Source: a virus. From it: a DNA stretch of 64,000 nucleotides. The position numbers and the translations under genes are program-made. The notes beneath the pieces are model-generated. The model did not search any database, was not told the origin of the DNA, and saw nothing but the letters and a program-made list of their open reading frames with translations. The stretch is from IMG/VR virus record IMGVR_UViG_3300027635_000001, positions 1-64,000 of that record; one strand, written 5' to 3'. This document shows positions 32,603 to 40,079 of this stretch, one piece after another; position 1 is the first letter of the stretch, and every line of letters starts with the position of its first letter.

Positions 32603-34350
32603 GGCGCGCATCACCTATCGCGGTCACAGATGCCGACGGCCGCTCATGGACCCGCGCGCTCGCTCTGTCTGACCGCGAGACCATACTCGACGGCGTCACC
32701 CGTCATCGCGACGGCTATCTGATCGCCGACGCCCGCGTGGCCCGCGTGGGCACGCAGACCTACAAGGGCTTCGAGGTAGGGCTTCCCGATCGCGAGCGCG
32801 TGACGCTCTACCGGCCGCCGGAGGAGGTCTTCGCCACCGACTCGATGCGCAGCCACGCCAACAAGCCTGTCACGCTGACGCACCCGAAGCGGATGGTCGA
32901 CTCGACGACGTGGGGCAAGGTCGCCAAGGGATTCAGCGGCTCCGACGTCGTCAGGGACGGCGATTATGTCCGCGTGCCGCTGATGCTGACCGACGCGGCG
33001 GCGATCGATGCTTATGAGACTGGGAAGGCCCGCGAACTCTCCGTTGGCTATACGACCGACATCGACTGGACTGCAGGCGCGACGCCGGACGGGAAGGCCT
33101 ATGACGGCGTCCAGCGCGATATCCGCGTCAACCATCATGCGTTCGTTCCGGTCGCGCGCGGCGGCGAGAACCTGCGCTTCGGAGACGCCATGAGCACCAC
33201 GAAGTTCTGCAAGGACTGCGGCGGCGCGATGGCGATGAAAGACGGGCAGTACAGCTGCAAGGGTTGCGGCGGCGGCCAGATGCGCGATGGCCTGAATTTC
33301 TGTTCGAACTGTGGCAGCGGCTTGACTGGCGATGACCAGATGGCCTGCCCGACCTGCGGCTTCGATCTCAAGCCCACGCCGCGCAGCAACGACGACGATC
33401 CGATGGAAGACGACGACGACATGATGGACCGGTTCACCGTGGATCGCGACGGCCGTCTGATCGCCGATACCTCGTTCACCGCCGAGGAGCGGCGCGATCT
33501 CGCCAAGCGCGGGCTAGCGAAGCCGGACGGGAGCTACCCGATCAGGAACAAGGAAGACCTGAAACACGCCAAGGAAGCCTACGCGCGGGGCGGCGCGACC
33601 GCATCCGACAAAGCGTGGATCAACAAGCGGGCCAAGGCGCTTGGAGAACCCCTACTTGGCGAAACTGACGCCGCAGACAACGGCATTTCAAGGAGCAGTG
33701 TCATGCCTATCACCAAGACGTTCGACGGCGTCCCGATCCAGTTCGTCGACGAGATTTCCGCGGCCGCGATGACCCGCGAGGTCGCGCGCTTGCAGGGGGT
33801 CATCGACGCTGCGGCAAAGGCGAAGAAGAAGGACGATGACGACGACGCCGACGAGGAGATGGAGCGCGAGAAGAAGGAGCGCGGCTATCAGGACGCGATC
33901 AAGGCCAAGGACGGCGAAATCGCGGTGCTGAAGAAGCAGGTCGCCGATGCGACGCTGACCGACGCCCAGATCGACGCACGTATCGAAGAGCGCGTGCGCG
34001 TGTTCGACGCCGCCAAGCCGCATCTTGCGAAAGATTTCAATCCGGCCGGCAAGAGTTTGTCCGACATCCGCCGCGCGACGGTGGCCGTCTCGCTCGGCGA
34101 CGCCGCGATCAAGGACTGGGACGACGCGCAGGTCTCCGGCGCGTTCGCCGCCGTGACCGCGGCTGGCGTCAAGAAGGGCGGCGCGACCCTGCTGGCGGAC
34201 GGTATGTCTGATGCCATGCGCATGAATGCCGGCCGCATTGGCGGGGCTTCCTTGGCCGACGCCGAGGCCGACGCAGCCAAGGCGCACGCCGAATACGTCA
34301 AGCGGCTGCAGGACGGCTACAAGACGCCGATCGGCTCGGCGAGGAATTGA
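32599..34350 (+). CDS. DUF2213-type prohead protease/scaffold protein with Zn-ribbon insert and coiled-coil C-terminus
   Basis: The N-terminus GYLIADARVARVGTQTYKGFEVG...VTLYRPPEEVF...ANKPVTLTHP...ELSVGYT resembles DUF2213. Three CxxC pairs lie in the middle. The C-terminal half is charged and helical. Confidence 0.68.
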   Translation: MRRASPIAVTDADGRSWTRALALSDRETILDGVTRHRDGYLIADARVARVGTQTYKGFEVGLPDRERVTLYRPPEEVFATDSMRSHANKPVTLTHPKRMVDSTTWGKVAKGFSGSDVVRDGDYVRVPLMLTDAAAIDAYETGKARELSVGYTTDIDWTAGATPDGKAYDGVQRDIRVNHHAFVPVARGGENLRFGDAMSTTKFCKDCGGAMAMKDGQYSCKGCGGGQMRDGLNFCSNCGSGLTGDDQMACPTCGFDLKPTPRSNDDDPMEDDDDMMDRFTVDRDGRLIADTSFTAEERRDLAKRGLAKPDGSYPIRNKEDLKHAKEAYARGGATASDKAWINKRAKALGEPLLGETDAADNGISRSSVMPITKTFDGVPIQFVDEISAAAMTREVARLQGVIDAAAKAKKKDDDDDADEEMEREKKERGYQDAIKAKDGEIAVLKKQVADATLTDAQIDARIEERVRVFDAAKPHLAKDFNPAGKSLSDIRRATVAVSLGDAAIKDWDDAQVSGAFAAVTAAGVKKGGATLLADGMSDAMRMNAGRIGGASLADAEADAAKAHAEYVKRLQDGYKTPIGSARN

Positions 34351-34394
34351 AACAAACGGCAAGAGAGGCGCAGCTCTAGCCAAAGGAAACCGAA

Positions 34395-34907
34395 ATGCTC
34401 ACCCCTCTCCCGTTGCAGACCACCTATCAGCAGTATGAGACCGTCGCCCAGAACGGGATGCCCGCGAGCATGACCGGCTGGGACGCCGACAATCGCATCG
34501 CCGAGGACCTCGGCAGCGGCATTCCCTTCGGCCGCGCTGTTTGCCAAGGCACCGCATCCGACAAGGCGGCAACGCTCGGCCAGCTTTCGGGCGGCGAGTT
34601 CATCGGAATCACGATGCAGGATGTCACGCTGCCGCTTTCGACCACGCGGCCGGTCGATACCTATGAGGATACCGACAACATGGCGGTGATGGTGCGCGGC
34701 GACATCTGGGTGATTCCGCTCGGTAACGTCGTTGCCGGCGCCCAGGTCTATTATGACAGCGTGACCGGCCAGCTCGGGCCGTCGACCGTCGCCAACGCCG
34801 TGCTGATCACGCACGCGCGGTGGCAGACCAACCTTCCTGACACGGCCCAGCCGCTCGTCAATTTCAATGGCCTGGCGGTCGTACGACTAGGCGCTTCCGC
34901 GCAGTAA
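34395..34907 (+). CDS. putative head decoration/cement protein (DUF2190-like)
   Basis: 170-aa beta-rich ORF between the scaffold and the major capsid. GEFIGITMQDVT...MAVMVRGDIWVIPLGNVVAGAQVYYD resembles the family as I recall it. Confidence 0.5.
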   Translation: MLTPLPLQTTYQQYETVAQNGMPASMTGWDADNRIAEDLGSGIPFGRAVCQGTASDKAATLGQLSGGEFIGITMQDVTLPLSTTRPVDTYEDTDNMAVMVRGDIWVIPLGNVVAGAQVYYDSVTGQLGPSTVANAVLITHARWQTNLPDTAQPLVNFNGLAVVRLGASAQ

Positions 34908-34944
34908 CCAATCAAGGCGTTCAATCAAGTCTGAAACCCCTGGC

Positions 34945-34970
34945 GTCGCCGTGTGAGGCGCGACGGCGAC
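34945..34970 (+). promoter_or_regulatory. 8-bp perfect hairpin immediately 5' of the capsid gene ribosome-binding site
   Basis: GTCGCCGT-(10 nt)-ACGGCGAC, followed directly by AGGAGA (34971-76) and ATG 34983. Confidence 0.35.
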
Positions 34971-34982
34971 AGGAGAACCTTC

Positions 34983-35927
34983 ATGCGGCATTCACTCTAC
35001 GACAACCAGCAGCAGCTCGGCTTCCTGCTGGCTCAGACGACCTATATCGAGTCCCAAGTCTATCGGATTCAGTACCCGGAGATCATGTATCCAAAGCTGA
35101 TGCCGATCGACACATCGGCATCGGAATGGGCCAAGTCGATCACCTATTACTCGATCGACCGCGTCGGCAATGCCGATTGGTACGACGGCCAGGCGACCAA
35201 TATCCCGATGGCCGACATCAACCGCGACAAGCGCGAGCAGGGCGTAGAGATGGCCGCGATCGGCTATCGCTACAACCTCGAAGAGATCGGCGTCGCGATG
35301 ATGATCCCGGGCATGAACCTGAGTTCGGAGCGGGCCGAGGCTGCGCGGCGGGCCTACGAGGAATTTATCGACCGCCTCGTGCGCGTCGGCGATACTCGCA
35401 AGAAGATCACGGGCCTGTTCAACAATCCATTTGTGACTCGGACCACGGCGATTGCCGACGGCTCGGGCTCCTCATCCTTGTGGATCAACAAGACTGGCGA
35501 CCAGATGATCGCCGACGTCACCGGCGCGCTGACAGCAGTCTATCAGGGATCGAACACGGTCGAGATGGCCGACACGGTCCTCTTGCCGATCGCCAATCTG
35601 CAACTCCTGGCCAACACGCGCATCGCCAACACCTACGGCAACGTGCTCGACTATCTGATGAAATACAACCTCTGGAAGCAAACCACCGGGCAAGACCTGA
35701 CGATCCTCGGCGTGCTCAGTCTCGACACGGCCGGGATCAATGGGAGCGCGCGGATGGTGGCTTATAGGCGCGATCCGCAGGTAATTAAGTTGCATTTGCC
35801 GATGCCTCATCGTTTTCTGCCCGTGTTTCAGACAGGGCCGATGACTTATGACATTCCTGGCATCTTCCGCGTCGGCTCGGTCGAGGTCAGGCGACCCGGC
35901 GCGGTACAGTATGTTGATGGGATTTAG
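34983..35927 (+). CDS. major capsid protein (DUF2184 / encapsulin-like type)
   Basis: 314 aa. YIESQVYRIQYPEIMYPKLMPIDTSASEWAKSITYYSIDRVGNADWY... matches my memory of the DUF2184 N-terminus. Strong SD. Position fits, after scaffold and decoration genes. Confidence 0.78.
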   Translation: MRHSLYDNQQQLGFLLAQTTYIESQVYRIQYPEIMYPKLMPIDTSASEWAKSITYYSIDRVGNADWYDGQATNIPMADINRDKREQGVEMAAIGYRYNLEEIGVAMMIPGMNLSSERAEAARRAYEEFIDRLVRVGDTRKKITGLFNNPFVTRTTAIADGSGSSSLWINKTGDQMIADVTGALTAVYQGSNTVEMADTVLLPIANLQLLANTRIANTYGNVLDYLMKYNLWKQTTGQDLTILGVLSLDTAGINGSARMVAYRRDPQVIKLHLPMPHRFLPVFQTGPMTYDIPGIFRVGSVEVRRPGAVQYVDGI

Positions 35928-36092
35928 CTGCGAGCGGGCTGGCTAGGGTCATTTACTTACCGTCACGCTGTCCGGCTTTCGCCGTCGTGGAGTTGAACCA
36001 CAAATCACCAGACTTAAGCGCTCGCCCCAGTTACGGCATGCGCGGCCCGCTCGCGAGGGCATAGTTACTCGCGGCATAGGAGAAACGCAAGC

Positions 36093-36422
36093 ATGCCGAC
36101 CCCAAACGACGAAGCCCCGGCCCGCGTCGGCCGCGCCATATTCCCCGAGCCCGAGGGATTCCTATGCCGCATCGCCAATCCGAGCCAGCGCGCGCGCGTG
36201 ATCTACGACGGGATCAAGAACGCGAAGCCGATCCACATTCCGCCTGGCAACACCATCGAGCCCATAGTCCTATCGAGGGCGCGCATCGAGCAGCTTCGCG
36301 CCGAGGAGTTCGCAAATCCTGAAGACCCAGACCTGAAGGTGGTCGAACTCGGGCCCGCACGCGAGGACGCTGATCATCGCGCCCAGGCCGCGCCAGGCAA
36401 AGCTCCCACCACTCGCCCATGA
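36093..36422 (+). CDS. hypothetical protein sharing an ARVIYDG...PI.I.PG.T segment with the N-terminus of the 59720 giant protein
   Basis: RARVIYDGIKNAKPIHIPPGNTIEPIVLSRARIEQLRAE here, compared with GARVIYDGLANLRPIPIAPGATLRGVDLSDSAANRIRRE there. Confidence 0.5.
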   Translation: MPTPNDEAPARVGRAIFPEPEGFLCRIANPSQRARVIYDGIKNAKPIHIPPGNTIEPIVLSRARIEQLRAEEFANPEDPDLKVVELGPAREDADHRAQAAPGKAPTTRP

Positions 36423-36631
36423 AGAGGTTGGCCGCAAGGTCAATGGCGCGAACGGGCGCCGGCCCGTCATTCGCTGACGCGCCTCCTAGCAGAAGCCGGA
36501 ACCGGCGTCCGTTCGTCTCTCCCGCAGCGTACCATCGAGGAGCGCATCATGAAGAAGCAGCGGCCTGCCGGCGAAGGCGCGATTCGATAATGGAACCCCG
36601 TTCGCGCAGCCTTGAATGAGGAGGCAATAAG

Positions 36632-36736
36632 ATGACTGTGGTTGGCATCGCAATCATCATAGGGCGAGGCATTCAGCTAGCCTGTTTGGTCGTGATAGCC
36701 GTCGCGATCGTAATGCGCATTGTCACAGCACCGTAA
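36632..36736 (+). CDS. 34-aa hydrophobic peptide (below ORF-track cutoff)
   Basis: GAGGAGG lies 7 nt upstream of the ATG. MTVVGIAIIIGRGIQLACLVVIAVAIVMRIVTAP. TAATG overlap with the next gene. Confidence 0.45.
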   Translation: MTVVGIAIIIGRGIQLACLVVIAVAIVMRIVTAP

Positions 36737-37065
36737 TGTTTTCGAAGCGAGAGCGCGAGGGCTACGTGCTGATCGACCACCGCGAGAGCCCTGGATTTAC
36801 CTGCGACGAGGCGCCGGCGGCGTATCGCGCTGGCATCCCGGTCGGGCCCGGCGCGTTCTTCGAGGGCGCGACCAATACCTGTTCGCATTGCAATCGAGTG
36901 GTCGTCATGAACCCTGACCGCACTCGCCAGCGCGCATGGTGTGGGGCCTGCGATCACTACATCTGTGACGTGTGCGGCGCGAGGATGAAACTTACGGGCG
37001 TCTGCGATTCGTTCACCAGGCGCGCTGAGGCGGAAATTGAACGAGCAATCAAAGCAGGAGCATGA
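36736..37065 (+). CDS. small Cys-rich protein (109 aa)
   Basis: ...NTCSHCNRVVVMNPDRTRQRAWCGACDHYICDVCGARMKLTGVCD suggests Zn binding. Confidence 0.55.
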   Translation: MFSKREREGYVLIDHRESPGFTCDEAPAAYRAGIPVGPGAFFEGATNTCSHCNRVVVMNPDRTRQRAWCGACDHYICDVCGARMKLTGVCDSFTRRAEAEIERAIKAGA

Positions 37066-37071
37066 AACCAA

Positions 37072-37590
37072 ATGGCACGCAGAATCGTATCCGTCACCAC
37101 CCTCCCCCCAACCGCCACGGCGGACGCGACCAACCTCGTCGACGCGACCTATCCCTTCCTTTTGCAGGGCGGCTCGACGACGCAATTGAACCGCATTCAC
37201 GAGATTTCGATCTCTGGCCAAGCGGCCTCCTCCTCGTCCCCCACATTCATGCTGCTGGCCCGAGATTCGACACTCGCGAGCGGCACGAACACCAACGGCG
37301 CGGGCCAGACAGATGCGCCGATGGACGTCGCATCTGCTGCGCTCGGCGCGCCCGTCATCACCGGCAATTCCAACGCGACGACCAAGCCGCAGCGCTCTGC
37401 CACGCTCCACTTGATGAATTGTTCGCTGAACGCCTTTGGCGGCGTGTATTTTTGGAGGGCAAACAAAGTTGATGAATGCCCAAGCCTTTACGGCAGCGCT
37501 ATCGCCTCCGTCAGCGAAGTGTCGCTGTCGGCGTTCACAGGAGGTACGCCCGGGGCCTGTGGGTTCCATATGGTTTATGAAAGTTTGTGA
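37072..37590 (+). CDS. hypothetical virion-module protein (172 aa)
   Basis: Ser/Thr/Ala-rich, beta-looking ORF. Confidence 0.5.
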   Translation: MARRIVSVTTLPPTATADATNLVDATYPFLLQGGSTTQLNRIHEISISGQAASSSSPTFMLLARDSTLASGTNTNGAGQTDAPMDVASAALGAPVITGNSNATTKPQRSATLHLMNCSLNAFGGVYFWRANKVDECPSLYGSAIASVSEVSLSAFTGGTPGACGFHMVYESL

Positions 37591-37621
37591 GTGACAGCAA
37601 GGACTTAGTCTGATATTTCTC

Positions 37622-37650
37622 TTGTCATAATCTGGTTGATGCCCTAGATT
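37622..37650 (+). promoter_or_regulatory. sigma70-like promoter candidate TTGTCA-N17-TAGATT
   Basis: TTGTCA at 37622-27, an exact 17-nt spacer, TAGATT at 37645-50. It lies in an AT-rich gap 24 nt upstream of ATG 37674. Confidence 0.4.
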
Positions 37651-37673
37651 CCGTTGATGAGCAGATCAGAAAA

Positions 37674-38054
37674 ATGCGGTGTCTACCAGATTATATGCGT
37701 CCCGACGGGCAAGCGGTATATTGGGTCGAGCGTCGGAATATACACGCGCTGGACATTTGCAAGGCTTGCCGCGCCGTCAAGTACGCATCTCAAACTATTG
37801 ACCAAAGAAAGGCTCGCCTAGTGGCGATCGGAGTTAGATATTCGCGCCGCGCACAAGAAACTCCAGAATGTCATAGAGCATGGTTGGACGCCAGGAATGC
37901 TTATTATGATCAGACCAGACCGCCTTCCGTGAAGAAGCGTCAACTGGTAGGCACGCCATGGCTTGATGCTGGCGTCAGTAAAACGACTTGGTATCGTTGG
38001 AAGAGAGAACGGTATGAGCGACCCGATCACCAACTCAGGACAGATGTTTTTTAG
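37674..38054 (+). CDS. hypothetical protein (126 aa), low-GC moron candidate
   Basis: Visibly lower GC. The C-terminal ...GVSKTTWYRWKRERYE looks HTH-like. Confidence 0.5.
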   Translation: MRCLPDYMRPDGQAVYWVERRNIHALDICKACRAVKYASQTIDQRKARLVAIGVRYSRRAQETPECHRAWLDARNAYYDQTRPPSVKKRQLVGTPWLDAGVSKTTWYRWKRERYERPDHQLRTDVF

Positions 38055-38373
38055 AAATGACACTCAGGAGCGGGGGCCCGAACAGCCCACCCACGAGAGG
38101 ATCGAACAAATTGCGGCCGCCATAGCTGAGAATGACAGGGTAACCTGTCGATGGTGTTTCGAGCGGTTTGATGTTGAATTGCAAGTGCGTTCGATTCGCG
38201 AACGAGGATATCTGCGCAGCAATTTGTTTATGCTTGACCAAGGCCGCGAGGTAGTGTGTTGCTCAGAGTGCTGGCAGGGCGCAATCGGCGCGCGCGTCCT
38301 GATCCAAGGCCGCGTCGTGCCCGGCGATCCGAACGTGATCGACAACCCGCTGCTGCTGACGATAGGCAAATGA
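38014..38373 (+). CDS. hypothetical Cys-containing protein (119 aa)
   Basis: Internal start MSDPITNSGQMFF... Contains CRWC...CCSEC. It overlaps the previous ORF by 41 nt. Confidence 0.45.
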   Translation: MSDPITNSGQMFFRNDTQERGPEQPTHERIEQIAAAIAENDRVTCRWCFERFDVELQVRSIRERGYLRSNLFMLDQGREVVCCSECWQGAIGARVLIQGRVVPGDPNVIDNPLLLTIGK

Positions 38374-38411
38374 TCGGCAGATCGGCCCGGACGACTGGCG
38401 AGGCCGCATAG

Positions 38412-39782
38412 ATGGCGCTCGCGCTCGACGGGCACGCCGGCAACGCCAGCAACAGCACGACGCAGTCCGCCAGCCTTACGACGACAAGCGCCGATGACAT
38501 CATCATCGCCGTCTGCACCAATTTTTCCAACCAAACGTCTACCCAAAATGGCATTCAGGGCGTCAGTGGCGGCGGCCTGACTTGGGCATGCCGTAGCCGC
38601 CAACAGATTACCACGACCGTCAGCTCTTTCATCATGTATGTCGAGACGTGGGTCGCTCATGCGCCCACCGCGCTCGTCTCACAGACGATCACAGCAACCG
38701 CCGGCGCGCAGGGATCGGTCAATTATTTCAGCCTAGAGCTTTTCGCCGTCTCCGGCGCTGACCTGGATAACATTTTCGATACGAACGCGGCGCTCCCGGC
38801 CAGCTCTGCTATTGCCGGTAGCGGCGGCACATCATCGCACCCGGTCAGCGGCATATCGACCACAAACGCCAATACCTTCGAGTTTGCTGCGCTGGCGACG
38901 GAACTCGGCGGGAGCGGCTCCGCCGCAGCGGACAGTGGATTTAGTCTACTCGACAATCTGTGGGCTAATGCCTCATTCGGGAGCCTTCAAACCGAATACA
39001 AAATAAACTCATCTGGGGTGTCGAGCGTCAGCCAGAACGTGTTCTCAAGCGTATCTACCGTAAGCACTAATTACATTGCCCTCGTAGACGCTATAATGGC
39101 GGCTGGCGCGACACGGTCAGGTCCGGTGTTCGTAAACTCGGGCGGCGGCATCACGAATATTGCCACTTCCCTTACGCCATCGTTGCCGGGGTCGCGGGTG
39201 AACAACAATATGCTGCTTGCGCATTGTTCGATTACGTCGTCGACGGCCAGCCCGACATGGTCATCCGGTTGGAATGTCATAGAAACGTGGACCATAGGCA
39301 CACAGATCGGCACGAAGGCGTGGCGCTATGTAACTGGGTCGGAGACAGCTCCGACAATAGATTGGACACCGGACGGAACTCGCGCTTGTATGGCGCAAGT
39401 GGTGCAGATCAGCGGAGTCGATCAAACTAGCCCAATCGGAAGTTCTTCGCACAATTCAGCCAGTAGTTCATCGGTGACCTGCTCTGTGGTCACGACGACG
39501 CGCAATAACAGTCTTGTCGTCAATTATCTCGATGTTGGAACTACCTATCGCCCAGAGATAGCTCCGAGACCGTGGCGGCCACGGTCATCGGGGGCTTCCA
39601 TCACTGGTAGCGCTAACGGGTCATGGCAAGTTTCCGACGAGTTTTTGGCGACGTCCGGCGCCGCCAGCGACAGCGTTGGCATAACACTGCAAGCGTCTAA
39701 TCCATGGCTGAACTTCACGACGGAAATTCTTGCGCCGCTGTCCGCGCCTTCGTTGCCGCCCTCGGCGCTGGTTTTTGTCTGA
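38412..39782 (+). CDS. Ser/Thr-rich protein built of two similar ~200-aa halves
   Basis: Both halves show ...A.C(T/S)...S...W......W....T.......SG(A/V)D-type patterns. No family recognised. Confidence 0.55.
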   Translation: MALALDGHAGNASNSTTQSASLTTTSADDIIIAVCTNFSNQTSTQNGIQGVSGGGLTWACRSRQQITTTVSSFIMYVETWVAHAPTALVSQTITATAGAQGSVNYFSLELFAVSGADLDNIFDTNAALPASSAIAGSGGTSSHPVSGISTTNANTFEFAALATELGGSGSAAADSGFSLLDNLWANASFGSLQTEYKINSSGVSSVSQNVFSSVSTVSTNYIALVDAIMAAGATRSGPVFVNSGGGITNIATSLTPSLPGSRVNNNMLLAHCSITSSTASPTWSSGWNVIETWTIGTQIGTKAWRYVTGSETAPTIDWTPDGTRACMAQVVQISGVDQTSPIGSSSHNSASSSSVTCSVVTTTRNNSLVVNYLDVGTTYRPEIAPRPWRPRSSGASITGSANGSWQVSDEFLATSGAASDSVGITLQASNPWLNFTTEILAPLSAPSLPPSALVFV

Positions 39783-39809
39783 GGCCGAGAGACCGCGAGG
39801 CGATGGTGA

Positions 39810-40079
39810 ATGGCATCCTGGATGCCTCCGTTCTACGCCGGCGCCCCGTTGGCGCTCACTACTCATCCCGCCAATAACAAGCCGTTCGAGGTCGGATGGT
39901 TTGCAATGGCAGCGCCAGAGCCGGCGTCGTCGAACGTTCCCCGCCCGTCTCCTCTATTCGCCACGGCCGCGGGAGATTTCAGGCTCGCGCTCATAGGGAA
40001 CGATGTGAATTGGGCACTGAACCATGCGCCGGAGCCTCTCTGGCGACCGGCGCTGAGGCGGCCGAATGGCGTTCTTTGA
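39810..40079 (+). CDS. short paralogue/fragment of the Trp-repeat protein
   Basis: VPRPSPLFATAAGDFRLALIGNDVNWALN here matches VPAPSPLFATGAGDFVFALVGTDINWALN inside the next gene. Both genes start M..(W/F)..P.FY. Confidence 0.4.
   Translation: MASWMPPFYAGAPLALTTHPANNKPFEVGWFAMAAPEPASSNVPRPSPLFATAAGDFRLALIGNDVNWALNHAPEPLWRPALRRPNGVL

Noticed and set aside
35930-36054. 10-bp perfect inverted repeat GCGAGCGGGC / GCCCGCTCGC about 105 nt apart after the capsid gene
   Set aside because: In GC-rich DNA, a 10-bp match within a few hundred nt is plausible by chance across 64 kb. No T-run or nested pairing was seen.
36419-37569. ORFs 36419..36619 (+) and 36673..37569 (-)
   Set aside because: Arg/Pro/Ala-rich. 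The minus ORF is antisense to three compact plus-strand genes that have SD or overlap coupling.
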